Shown piece after piece: positions 1 to 9,001 of a DNA stretch of 64,000 nucleotides (position 1 is the stretch's first letter; the number at the start of each line of letters is the position of its first letter). The notes under the pieces are model-generated. The model ran no database searches. It saw only the letters and a program-made list of their open reading frames with translations, and was not told where the DNA came from. The stretch comes from a virus (taxonomy: Duplodnaviria; Heunggongvirae; Uroviricota; Caudoviricetes): IMG/VR virus record IMGVR_UViG_3300028734_000016. One strand, 5' to 3'. The translations under genes were made by a program, and so were the position numbers.

Positions 1-113
1 TTGAATATGTTGAAAATTTTGGATATATATGGCAAACAACTTTAAGTGAGTATGATAAAATTAGAACTGAATATGACCCGTTGTATAGAGATTCTAAAAA
101 ATTTAATTTATAA
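1..113 (+). CDS. 3' end of a gene entering from the left edge; C-terminus ...DSKKFNL
   Basis: frame open from base 3 to TAA at 111-113; ends with the K-F-N-[ILV] tail shared by many plus-strand genes here. Confidence 0.5.
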   Translation, partial: EYVENFGYIWQTTLSEYDKIRTEYDPLYRDSKKFNL

Positions 114-117
114 AAAA

Positions 118-146
118 ATAGCAGATTGTTAATCTGCTATTTTTTT
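118..146. terminator. intrinsic-terminator-like hairpin between convergent genes
   Basis: ATAGCAGAT-tgtta-ATCTGCTAT stem-loop followed by a T7 run. Confidence 0.55.
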
Positions 147-1956
147 ATGCATTTGCATCTACAATTATCATTCTATTATATTGTAATTTTTTAGTATTTG
201 TATCATCAACATACAATTCTTTTGTATAAGGTAAATATACGTAACTTGCTAATGTAAAATCTAATCCTCCAAAATTATCACAAACACTATTCATTTGAAA
301 ATAATCAGAAATTGTATTTATTCTAAAAGAATTTCCAATACTATTATTTGTAAATCCAATACCTACTATATTTGAATCAAATGTACTACCTATGTTATTT
401 GAAGTAAATAAATTGGAAATGTTATTACTAGAGAAAGATGAATTTATACTATTTGACGTGAAATGATCAGCAATTATATTATTTGTAAAAAAATCTCCTA
501 TATTATTATATAAAAATTGTATTCCAATAGAATTAATCTGAAACGTATTTCCAATAGAATTACGGGTAAATTCTGTATTTATAATATTAATGTTGAAATT
601 GTTTCCAATGACATTAGCATTAAAATTGCTATCGATAACGTTATTATAACAGTCATCACCAAGTGTATTACTAGAAAAAGATTTACAAATCATATTATTA
701 TAGAATCTATCACCTATATTATTTCCAGTGAATTCTGTACTAATAATGTTATTATTACATATTCTACCAATTTTATTATATGAGCCAGCAGAACCAATAG
801 AGTTATATTTAAACTCATATCCAATAGAATTAGCCTGAAATGTATCTCCAATAGAATTGTTTTTAAAATTATCATCAATTAAATTGTTTTTAAAATTATC
901 ACTAATACTATTACCAATAAAATTACGACCAATAGTATTGTTATTAAAATCATTACCAATAGTATTGTTATAGAAATTCACATTTATATTATTATCTCTG
1001 AAATTGACACCTAATATAACATTATTTGATCCATTTATTATATTTGAGTTTAATTCAGATATATTAATTATATTTGAATATGATGTTGAATAATAGTAGT
1101 CAAAATCACTCCACATATAACTATCAGTATATCCTGTTGAACATGGCATGGTTATATCACCAAAAATTAGATTATATTCAGTACAACTTATATAAGATAG
1201 ATTATAATACTCAAATAACTGCCAAATACCATTTGAATCATCATTATTATTTGGATTTATATTTGTTGTATTATTTTTTATGCAAATATAAATTTGATTG
1301 GTTTCAGAAAATAATACAACATCTTTGGAATTGTATGTTGTTCCTGAATTCCATATATTTGTAACATTAATTTGCCATCTTCTAAATTTAACATTTCTAA
1401 AATCAAAAGGAAAATCGTTATTTTGTATTGTATCAATTCTTCTGTAAATATAGCCAGTTGTGCATCCTGGTACAACTGTTTGATTATTATTAAAATTATA
1501 ATAAATTACATCTTGTGAATATAAATAAGAATGAGCTTCTGGTTTCAATTTATCTAATCCAATTGCGGTAACTAATAATGGTTCAGTTATACCTGAATTT
1601 AAATCACTAGTATATGGAATTATATGTACTGTACTATAATCAGTAATTAAATATTGTGTACCAATAGTTAATGATAAAGTATTTATCAAATCTAATAATT
1701 CACTATATGTAACATTAGTTACTGATGCTCCTCCTGAAGATCCATTTAAACCTGAAGTTCCAGAAGTACCTGTAGTTCCGTTTATTCCTGATGTGCCATT
1801 AGTTCCGTTTATTCCTGATGTTCCAGAAGTACCTGTATATCCTGTAAAAGAATAAACATCATTAAAATTGGAATTTATTTTAATGAATGATTCTCTTAAA
1901 TTATCTCCAGTTCCATCGTTTGGAGATGAGCCAATATTAATTAATTGTTTGCTCAT
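145..1956 (-). CDS. fibre-like repeat protein: short collagen-like block (GTSGTSGINGTNGTSG...) followed by ~25 tandem 11-residue N-x-I-G-x-x-F repeats
   Basis: 603-aa ORF; repeats read directly from the translation; antisense ORFs 517-783, 1074-1364, 1278-1475 lie inside it and are judged artefacts. Confidence 0.8.
   Translation of the reverse strand: MSKQLINIGSSPNDGTGDNLRESFIKINSNFNDVYSFTGYTGTSGTSGINGTNGTSGINGTTGTSGTSGLNGSSGGASVTNVTYSELLDLINTLSLTIGTQYLITDYSTVHIIPYTSDLNSGITEPLLVTAIGLDKLKPEAHSYLYSQDVIYYNFNNNQTVVPGCTTGYIYRRIDTIQNNDFPFDFRNVKFRRWQINVTNIWNSGTTYNSKDVVLFSETNQIYICIKNNTTNINPNNNDDSNGIWQLFEYYNLSYISCTEYNLIFGDITMPCSTGYTDSYMWSDFDYYYSTSYSNIINISELNSNIINGSNNVILGVNFRDNNINVNFYNNTIGNDFNNNTIGRNFIGNSISDNFKNNLIDDNFKNNSIGDTFQANSIGYEFKYNSIGSAGSYNKIGRICNNNIISTEFTGNNIGDRFYNNMICKSFSSNTLGDDCYNNVIDSNFNANVIGNNFNINIINTEFTRNSIGNTFQINSIGIQFLYNNIGDFFTNNIIADHFTSNSINSSFSSNNISNLFTSNNIGSTFDSNIVGIGFTNNSIGNSFRINTISDYFQMNSVCDNFGGLDFTLASYVYLPYTKELYVDDTNTKKLQYNRMIIVDANA
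276..1056 (-). repeat. coding tandem repeat, ~33-nt period (11-aa NNxIGxxF units)
   Basis: periodicity visible in the ORF translation. Confidence 0.55.
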
Positions 1957-1990
1957 ATTTATTTGATTTATTTTTTTATGTTAATATAAA

Positions 1991-2422
1991 TTAAAAGGTA
2001 TCTGCTGTTATTAATGTAGTATCTGCTGTTATTAATGTAGTATCTACCGTTATTGATGCTCTAGACTTAGTTTCTACTATTATATTGGATATTTTCCAAT
2101 TTAAATTGTTTTTAATTTTAATTTTAATTTTAGCATCATCAATATATCTAAAATCTAACAAATATATGAAATATAGCAAAAATGATTGTATCAAATTCAT
2201 ATTGCTGCTATTATTCGATAAATATTCCAACAAATTTTGACTTTTACCATTTCCTCTTATTGGAATTGGAATTTTATTAAAATCTATAGGAAATTCTTTA
2301 ATAAAAGATAATTTGCTATTATCTAAAAATGTTATAATATTAGTGTGAGAACCAGTTTTAATTTTAAAATTTATCCAATTATTATTTATCCAAACCTTAG
2401 CTTGTTTTTCAACATTATTCAT
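1991..2422 (-). CDS. hypothetical protein (C-terminal TTLITADTTLITADTF duplication)
   Basis: 143-aa ORF co-oriented with neighbours. Confidence 0.45.
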   Translation of the reverse strand: MNNVEKQAKVWINNNWINFKIKTGSHTNIITFLDNSKLSFIKEFPIDFNKIPIPIRGNGKSQNLLEYLSNNSSNMNLIQSFLLYFIYLLDFRYIDDAKIKIKIKNNLNWKISNIIVETKSRASITVDTTLITADTTLITADTF

Positions 2423-2493
2423 ATTCTAAATTGTTTTTTATTATATATAAAAATAAATAAATAAAATATCAACACATCTTATTCAATAACAAT

Positions 2494-2712
2494 TTATGCT
2501 ATATTCAATGTTGTTGTTGTTGTATTTATTATATTTTCTCTATACTCATAACTACCATTTTCCATCATTAAAAAGTTTCCATTTTCTGATAGCATATGAT
2601 TTTCAGTTACATTTAATTCTAACTCTAATTTGCCAGATGTTTTTGAGAAATTGATATAATATTTACTAGTATTATTAGATTTAGATTTTAACACTATTTT
2701 ATTTTTAGCCAT
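2494..2712 (-). CDS. hypothetical small protein
   Basis: 72-aa ORF. Confidence 0.3.
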   Translation of the reverse strand: MAKNKIVLKSKSNNTSKYYINFSKTSGKLELELNVTENHMLSENGNFLMMENGSYEYRENIINTTTTTLNIA

Positions 2713-3209
2713 TATAAAACTTTGTATGATTTTTTATTATATATAATTTTTTATTACGATAAAATATTATTATTTATAAATTTTTTGTTTGACTCAATAA
2801 TATATAATATATAGATTATAAAAAATGTTTTATTTATGAAATGTAAAGTTATAAATTCAAATAAAAATACATTAGAAGAGAAAATAAATGATTGGTTGAG
2901 TACAGAAACAGTTGAAATATTTAATTTTGTACAAACTCAACATAACGAATATATAACTATTACATTTTTTTATTATGATAAATCTGAATTGAGAAAAATT
3001 AAATTGAAAAAATTAGAAAGCAATAAATAAATGGACATAAGAATCCAGTTAGAAAAAGACTTGATAGTCGAAGATGTTGTAGGTACACTTGTATCAGAAG
3101 ATGAATCGTCTAATATTATAGGTGAAATAATATATTATGATGAGATAACTGGTATATCTATCTGTGAATTATATAAAAAATAGAATCAATATTGATTCTA
3201 TTTTTTATT

Positions 3210-3404
3210 TTAATCTTTATCAACTTCTGAGTCAAATTCATGAGAATAATCTTTTTCTGGTTCTTCTTCTGGTTCTTTATCTTCAAGATTTTCTTTAATG
3301 ACATCAATTCCTGTGTCTGTTCTTTTTGTCTTATTTGCTTGCTGTGGGTTATAATTACCAGTGAAGTCAGTAAAACTTAATAAGTTTTCTAGTTTTGTTT
3401 TCAT
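3210..3404 (-). CDS. hypothetical small acidic protein
   Basis: 64-aa ORF, D/E-rich. Confidence 0.3.
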   Translation of the reverse strand: MKTKLENLLSFTDFTGNYNPQQANKTKRTDTGIDVIKENLEDKEPEEEPEKDYSHEFDSEVDKD

Positions 3405-3512
3405 TATTTTTAAATTGTTTTTTATTGTTTATATATAAAAAAAATATAATTTACTTTTTTTATAAATAATATCTCAATAATTTATATATAATATATAAAA
3501 TAATTTAAAATC

Positions 3513-3782
3513 TTGAAATATATAAAAAAATTTGAAAATAAAAAAGATGAACCAAAAGTAGGTGATTATGTAATTTTTGACTGTCCTATGTCATATGATG
3601 TAAAAATGAATAATCTATACAATTATACAGTTCATAAAATTATAAATATATATTGGGATTCATATGAAACAAATCTAGGACTTAATATAAATAAATCTTA
3701 TCTATTAGATTTTTCAGATAACAAAAGAAAATTACAACAATATGTTAAACTAAAAAAAAATACAGATAAATTTAATATATGA
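3513..3782 (+). CDS. member of MK-x-IKKFE ... KFNI small-protein family; apparent TTG start
   Basis: in-frame TAA directly upstream; N-terminus LKYIKKFEN matches paralogs MKHIKMFE/MKFIKKFE; ends KFNI with stop overlapping the next ATG (ATATGA). Confidence 0.55.
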   Translation: MKYIKKFENKKDEPKVGDYVIFDCPMSYDVKMNNLYNYTVHKIINIYWDSYETNLGLNINKSYLLDFSDNKRKLQQYVKLKKNTDKFNI

Positions 3783-4396
3783 AACACATAAAAATGTTTG
3801 AAACATTTACAAATAAAATTACAATAGGAATAGATATTGATGGTACGATATGTGATTTCGTTAATGCATACAATACACTATATAAAAGATACTTTCCTGA
3901 TAAAGAAATAAATCAGGATCAAAATTGGCATTGGTATGAAACAATGGACTATAATGGTGAATCATCAAAAACATGGTTTAATAATAAAAAATCTGAAGTT
4001 TTTGATATTGCTCAACCATATAAAGGTGCTGTTGATACTATAAACAATATATATGATTTTATAAAAACTCATGGTTTCAAATTAAACATAGTAACTAAAC
4101 AACCTACTGAAGAATCTAAAGAATCTGCTAAGAAATGGTTAGACCATTATGGATTTAAATACGATGACATCATTTTTGCTAATTCATCAATGGATAAATG
4201 GAAATATGCTGATATATTAATAGATGATTCTCAAAAAGTTATTGGAAGTAAACCATTAAGTAAAGTATCAATTAAAATTGAACACCCTCATAATACAGAA
4301 ATTGAAGGAGATTTTAATATTCTTGAAATTAATAATCTAACAATTGATATAATTCAGAAAGCTATATCTAAACTTAAAAATAAAACTACTGTATGA
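3779..4396 (+). CDS. HAD-superfamily hydrolase, 5'(3')-deoxyribonucleotidase-like
   Basis: N-terminal IGIDIDGTICDF (DxDGT motif I). Confidence 0.65.
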   Translation: MKHIKMFETFTNKITIGIDIDGTICDFVNAYNTLYKRYFPDKEINQDQNWHWYETMDYNGESSKTWFNNKKSEVFDIAQPYKGAVDTINNIYDFIKTHGFKLNIVTKQPTEESKESAKKWLDHYGFKYDDIIFANSSMDKWKYADILIDDSQKVIGSKPLSKVSIKIEHPHNTEIEGDFNILEINNLTIDIIQKAISKLKNKTTV

Positions 4397-4860
4397 AATT
4401 TATAAAAAAATTTGAAGATAGATATTCTGATATCTTTTTTAATAGTGATGATAGTGTATTTGAAGCTTGTAGAAGAGGAGATTTAGAAGTTGTACAAGAA
4501 TATATAGAAGTTGAAAAAGGTGATGTGAATAATATAGATAAATATGGATATACACTATTAATACTAGCAGCAGATAACAATAGGATAGATGTGGTGAAGT
4601 ATTTAATAGGAAAAGGAGCTGATATAAACTATCAAGATATCTATAATAGAACAGCATTAAATTATGCTACATTAAGAGAAAACAATGATATAGTAAGATT
4701 TTTAATAGAAGCTAATGCTAATTGGAACTTAAAAGATAATTTGGGTAATGATTTTTTGACGTATTTACTACCAATTAATAAGATTAATATAATTGAAGAA
4801 TATCCAGAACAATATCAAAAATATCTAACTATAAAAAAATCCGAAAAATTTAATTTATGA
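4393..4860 (+). CDS. ankyrin-repeat protein
   Basis: G-x-TLL-x-A repeats with DVVKYLIGKGADIN / TALNYA / IVRFLIEANAN motifs. Confidence 0.8.
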   Translation: MKFIKKFEDRYSDIFFNSDDSVFEACRRGDLEVVQEYIEVEKGDVNNIDKYGYTLLILAADNNRIDVVKYLIGKGADINYQDIYNRTALNYATLRENNDIVRFLIEANANWNLKDNLGNDFLTYLLPINKINIIEEYPEQYQKYLTIKKSEKFNL

Positions 4861-4888
4861 AAAAATATAATCAATTCATTAATGAAAA
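4849..4888 (+). repeat. conserved ~40-45-nt gene-junction repeat (AAATTTAAyATATGAAAAAATATAAyCAATTCATTAATGAA); copies also at ~5274, ~5634, ~6046
   Basis: four near-identical copies read directly in the sequence at consecutive gene boundaries. Confidence 0.8.
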
Positions 4889-5288
4889 TAGAGCATACGG
4901 TAAAGATAATAAAACCAATGATTTTAATTTTAATTTTTTTATATTATTAGAAAATGCGACAGAAGAAAACCAAAGTAAAGCATTTGAAGAATTTAATAAA
5001 TATGTAAATTTAGAATCACATAATATAAAAAATTTATTAATAACTAAATCAAATATTGATGATTTTAAAAATACAGAAATTGAATGGCTTTGGTATATTA
5101 ATGTATATGAGAGTTGGGGTAATGTACGAATACCAAGAGATACAATTGATTTCTTTAAAATGAGATCTACTGATCTTCGTAGTAGTGATAATTTAATTAT
5201 TTCATTAGATGAATTTATTAAAATTGGATTGAAAGGAGTTGAAACTCTTTATAAAGTAAAAAAAGATGCAAATAAATTTAATATATGA
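4857..5288 (+). CDS. MKKYNQFINE...KFNI paralog 1
   Basis: identical 10-aa N-terminus and KFNI tail; ATATGA stop/start overlap. Confidence 0.7.
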   Translation: MKKYNQFINENRAYGKDNKTNDFNFNFFILLENATEENQSKAFEEFNKYVNLESHNIKNLLITKSNIDDFKNTEIEWLWYINVYESWGNVRIPRDTIDFFKMRSTDLRSSDNLIISLDEFIKIGLKGVETLYKVKKDANKFNI

Positions 5289-5650
5289 AAAAATATAACC
5301 AATTCATTAATGAAAAAAATTCTGATGTATTTAAAGTTTCAATAGATATTAAAAATATCACAGATGACGATTTATATAAGCTCAATGAAATATTCAAAAA
5401 ATATTTTGACATTTATGATATTATAAGTCAATATGCGTCATATAGTAATAAACCTCATACATTGGTTTTAGATATAAGTAACAATAAAATAACTACTTGG
5501 TGTATTACAACACCTGATTGGGGTTATGATGAAGATTATATTATAAATATTATTAAACCTGAAGAATTGTTAAATGCTAGATCAAATGGAATTAAAGATA
5601 TTGTAGAATATCTTGAAGCAAGAAATAATACAAATAAATTTAATATATGA
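5285..5650 (+). CDS. MKKYNQFINE...KFNI paralog 2
   Basis: as above. Confidence 0.7.
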   Translation: MKKYNQFINEKNSDVFKVSIDIKNITDDDLYKLNEIFKKYFDIYDIISQYASYSNKPHTLVLDISNNKITTWCITTPDWGYDEDYIINIIKPEELLNARSNGIKDIVEYLEARNNTNKFNI

Positions 5651-6063
5651 AAAAATATAATCAATTCATTAATGAATCAAAAGATATATGGCAAAGAGAA
5701 TCAACAAAAGATGAAACATATGGTCCTATTTTTTACATAAAAAGACCAGGATTTAAGACTGGAGTGTATGATGGAGATATAGTTAAATTAGATAAAGAAT
5801 ATATTGAAAAATTAGACTCTGTATTATATAATAGACATAATGAAAAAAAGACGACTGACAAATTTACTGATAATGATTATAGTAAAGAATATGTTCTAGT
5901 TGATTATGTATGGTATTATGGGTATGTATTAAGAAATTCACTATCTGATATAGAAGATAATGATTTCTTAGGATGGGTACCAACAGGATATGTTAGACAC
6001 CTAACAGACGAAGAAATGAAAGATTATCAATATAAAATACATGCAAAAAAATTTAACATATGA
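5647..6063 (+). CDS. MKKYNQFINE...KFNI paralog 3
   Basis: as above. Confidence 0.7.
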   Translation: MKKYNQFINESKDIWQRESTKDETYGPIFYIKRPGFKTGVYDGDIVKLDKEYIEKLDSVLYNRHNEKKTTDKFTDNDYSKEYVLVDYVWYYGYVLRNSLSDIEDNDFLGWVPTGYVRHLTDEEMKDYQYKIHAKKFNI

Positions 6064-6434
6064 AAAAATATAATCAATTCATTAATGAAAGTTCTAAAAC
6101 TAAATTCAGGTTTGCAATAAATATTAAAGGCATAACAGATGAACAAACAGATCAAGTTATTGATAAACTCAAAAAATATAATCTAAGTCAAAGTGATGAA
6201 CACACTATAAGAAATGATGTAAAAATACAAGGTTTTTATTCAATAATTGTTGATGTGTCAAATTATCCAAATAATACACATATATTTATAATTGCTGTTT
6301 CCACACGAGGATGGGGTAATAATATTGATTATATGCAAAATATGCTATCAATAGATAATTTTTTAGTTATACCATTTGATGATATATATGATAATATTCA
6401 ATATAGAATATACGCAAAAAAATTTAACATATGA
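6060..6434 (+). CDS. MKKYNQFINE...KFNI paralog 4
   Basis: as above. Confidence 0.7.
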   Translation: MKKYNQFINESSKTKFRFAINIKGITDEQTDQVIDKLKKYNLSQSDEHTIRNDVKIQGFYSIIVDVSNYPNNTHIFIIAVSTRGWGNNIDYMQNMLSIDNFLVIPFDDIYDNIQYRIYAKKFNI

Positions 6435-6976
6435 TACATATTAAAAAATTCGAATTCTACGATACCAAAGAATTTACACGTGATTCAGAACCAGAAATAA
6501 ATGATTACGTTAGACTTGATGAAGATTTCTATGAATCTAAAATACCTGAATATTTTATACCTAGAGAAAATGACACAGACTATAAATATAGAATAGGTAA
6601 AATAATTGGATATAATGAACATACAGAACACTATAACGTTAAATTTGATAAATATGAATTGTGGAATAATAATTTTTTAGTTAAACGTGAACAAATAAAA
6701 AGCTATTCTAAAAAAATTGAAGATCTGGAAAATCTGCCATCTGTTGGAGATTATTGTCTGCTTGGTTGGGATAATACGGAATTGTGTAAAGTAATAAAGA
6801 AAGAAAGAGTTGAAAATTTTAGATGGGCTTCAATTGATTATAAGGTTAAAAAAATGAATCCTGGTCCTCACGATGGCACAGGAATTGTTCAAACTGATGA
6901 TGATTCAATGAAATATTGGTCAAGCGATATAAATGATATGAAATCAATTATAGCATCAAAGAAATTTAATGTGTAG
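6431..6976 (+). CDS. hypothetical protein (MIHIKKFE...KKFNV); TAG stop overlaps tRNA 3' end
   Basis: 181-aa ORF, family-type termini. Confidence 0.6.
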   Translation: MIHIKKFEFYDTKEFTRDSEPEINDYVRLDEDFYESKIPEYFIPRENDTDYKYRIGKIIGYNEHTEHYNVKFDKYELWNNNFLVKREQIKSYSKKIEDLENLPSVGDYCLLGWDNTELCKVIKKERVENFRWASIDYKVKKMNPGPHDGTGIVQTDDDSMKYWSSDINDMKSIIASKKFNV

Positions 6977-7046
6977 CTTGAGAGGGATTCGAACCCTCAC
7001 TGAAACGCATTTGAAACGCCGTCCTCTGCCGTTGGGATACCAAGCC
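6975..7046 (-). tRNA. tRNA, anticodon loop UUCAAAU (CAA, leucine-type), short variable loop, A73
   Basis: hand fold: 7-bp acceptor (G1·U72), perfect T-arm GAGGG-TTCGAAT-CCCTC, anticodon stem rich in G·U; identity uncertain. Confidence 0.5.
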
Positions 7047-7047
7047 A

Positions 7048-8145
7048 TTATTTTAACCACTTCTTAACTGCTTTACCAGTTACTCCATAAACTCTACCAA
7101 CAGCTTCTAAACTTGTATCAGATATCATTAATCTTAACTCATCTTTTGTTGGTCTGTTCTTTACTTTTCTTTCAGATAATCTGTAGCAGTCATAACATTG
7201 TTTAGAATTGTGTTTAATTTCTTTTCCACATGCACAATAATTTTTTATTAAATTATTGTTTATTTTAATTTCTTTTTTACCTGATTTTAATTTTTTTATT
7301 CTATCATTTCTAATTATATTATAATAATATTCATCAACTTCACTTTTGATATTTAAATTTTTAACACCAAGAAACTCATACATTTTTTTGAAATCTACTC
7401 TTCTATTTACGTTTATTCTATAACAGTTATCTTTACTTATTTGTATAGTATAATGAATATTTATAATATCAAGTGAGTTACAATAAATATCTACTATATC
7501 TTTAGACATATTAGAAAAATTATAATAATAACCGAAATATTTTTTTCCTTCTTTTTTAATTATTGTATTTTTATATAAGCAACCATCTGAATGAAACAAT
7601 CCACGTATTATGTTTTTGTGATTTATATTTTTTATTTGAAAATCTTCTAGTATTATTTTTCTTTTGTGCTTTACTCCTTTTCCTATTTGAGGAAATAAAT
7701 ATTTTAAAGAGTTGGAATATACTGAAACAATAAACATATTATATTTAGTTTTATGAATATTTATTTTATTAAATGGAAATAATATTTTTAAATTATTTTC
7801 ACATTCAGTTACTATATTATAATACTTACTATCTAAAAATATTCGAATTTGATATGATGATCTTTTTGTTTTTATTATATGACCATCTCCTAAATATAAT
7901 CCTAATATATAATTATATTCTAATTTTTTATCAGATAAATAATTATTAATATCACAATTATTTTTTAATTTTTTTTGATTTTCTAATTTATTATATTGAT
8001 TGAATTTTTCATTGTTATTTAACCAATATCTAATATTACTTCTTGGTATATTATATTTTTTACTTAATTCTGACTGTTTTGATCCATTATTATATTCTTC
8101 TATTATTTTTATGATTTCACTAACTTCATATACTCTATATGTCAT
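7048..8145 (-). CDS. LAGLIDADG homing endonuclease (two LAGLIDADG motifs) with N- and C-terminal HTH-like regions
   Basis: YILGLYLGDGHI and IIRGLFHSDGCL motifs; tracked ORF extends to 8295 but that extension translates the tRNA gene, so the ATG at 8145 (MTYRVYEV) is preferred. Confidence 0.85.
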   Translation of the reverse strand: MTYRVYEVSEIIKIIEEYNNGSKQSELSKKYNIPRSNIRYWLNNNEKFNQYNKLENQKKLKNNCDINNYLSDKKLEYNYILGLYLGDGHIIKTKRSSYQIRIFLDSKYYNIVTECENNLKILFPFNKINIHKTKYNMFIVSVYSNSLKYLFPQIGKGVKHKRKIILEDFQIKNINHKNIIRGLFHSDGCLYKNTIIKKEGKKYFGYYYNFSNMSKDIVDIYCNSLDIINIHYTIQISKDNCYRINVNRRVDFKKMYEFLGVKNLNIKSEVDEYYYNIIRNDRIKKLKSGKKEIKINNNLIKNYCACGKEIKHNSKQCYDCYRLSERKVKNRPTKDELRLMISDTSLEAVGRVYGVTGKAVKKWLK

Positions 8146-8249
8146 ATTATTTTTTATTTTATATATAAAAAATTCTATGACAAAAAGAATAAAAATTGAA
8201 CATATTTTTAAATAAATTGTATCATAATGATTAATCATTGAATATATTG

Positions 8250-8337
8250 TACTCCTGGTCGGACTTGAACCGACACGCCTACTATTGTTCAGCACATGTT
8301 TCTAAAACATGGATGTCTACCATTCCATCACAGGAGC
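8250..8337 (-). tRNA. tRNA-Leu (anticodon TAG), type II with long variable arm, A73
   Basis: hand fold: acceptor GCTCCTG/CAGGAGT, D-loop GGAATGGTAGAC, anticodon stem CATGT/ACATG loop TTTAGAA, T-arm GTCGG-TTCAAGT-CCGAC. Confidence 0.85.
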
Positions 8338-8346
8338 GATTTTTTG

Positions 8347-8433
8347 TACCGATGACGGGACTTGAACCCGTATAAGCATATAGCTTGCAAAATTTTAAGT
8401 TTTGAATGTCTACCAAGATTCCATCACATCGGC
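8347..8433 (-). tRNA. tRNA-Leu (anticodon TAA), type II, A73
   Basis: anticodon stem CAAAA/TTTTG loop CTTAAAA; ~16-nt variable arm; T-arm ACGGG-TTCAAGT-CCCGT. Confidence 0.85.
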
Positions 8434-8441
8434 ATATTTTG

Positions 8442-8521
8442 TACTCCTAGAGGTATTCGAAACCTCATCCAAATGGACATCATCTTAAGTGATGCGTGTA
8501 TACCAATTCCACCATAGGAGC
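8442..8521 (-). tRNA. tRNA, anticodon TAA (leucine-type) with only ~11-nt variable region, A73
   Basis: acceptor GCTCCTA/TAGGAGT, Leu-like D-loop GGAATTGGTATAC, anticodon stem CATCA/TGATG loop CTTAAGA, T-arm GAGGT-TTCGAAT-ACCTC. Confidence 0.6.
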
Positions 8522-8530
8522 ATTTTATTA

Positions 8531-8566
8531 TAAAAGAAAAAACCTCAGTCAAATAAATGACTGAGG
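8531..8566. terminator. perfect 9-bp hairpin (CCTCAGTCA-aataaa-TGACTGAGG) flanked by T/A runs on both strands
   Basis: read directly; followed by TTTTTTCTTTT on the minus strand. Confidence 0.6.
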
Positions 8567-8778
8567 TATTTTTAATATGCTTATATTATTTGTTACAATA
8601 GATATGACATAATATTCTCAGTCCGATTATTCTGTAATAATAGGTTTAAGAGTAGCAAGTTCATTATGTTATTGTAGTTTTTCATATCAGTATATATTAT
8701 CTTAAAAATGTGATTTTTTTCTATTTTTATTATGTAGTACAAAAGTACAAAAAAGTTTTCAATCTACCAAACTTTTTA

Positions 8779-8997
8779 TTAAAAAGTTTCATCTTTTTTA
8801 TATTCTTTATTTATAATAGCATCAAGTATATTTTTTTGTTCATTTTCATAAAGAGCATCAAATGGAAAATCTAAGCCCAAGTCTATACAATATATATCAT
8901 TTTTATATGTATAAATAGCTTCAACATCTTGTTTACTTGTGAACACACAAGGTGTTGTATGATTGTTACCTAGTATTTCTAAAATTTTTTCTTTCAT
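8779..8997 (-). CDS. hypothetical protein
   Basis: ORF 8779-9069 trimmed to an internal ATG to remove overlap with the next gene. Confidence 0.4.
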   Translation of the reverse strand: MKEKILEILGNNHTTPCVFTSKQDVEAIYTYKNDIYCIDLGLDFPFDALYENEQKNILDAIINKEYKKDETF

Positions 8998-9001
8998 ATT
9001 T

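Noticed and set aside
517-1475. Antisense ORFs 517-783, 1074-1364 and 1278-1475 inside the 603-aa repeat protein; similar cases at 8000-8215, 11373-11555, 17646-17849, 18339-18605, 19203-19831, 23075-22884, 26157-26381, 36361-36768, 38342-38578, 40075-40266, 43405-43944, 45188-45409, 46054-46242, 47806-48018, 52381-52620, 53524-53781, 57992-58279, 62162-62371, 63733-63981
   Set aside because: They are low-complexity, hydrophobic, AT-codon-driven translations fully nested in or opposite longer ORFs that have recognisable content.
8146-8295. N-terminal 50 codons of the tracked LAGLIDADG ORF (7048-8295)
   Set aside because: That extension translates the reverse complement of tRNA 8250-8337 plus AT-rich leader; ATG at 8145 was chosen instead.
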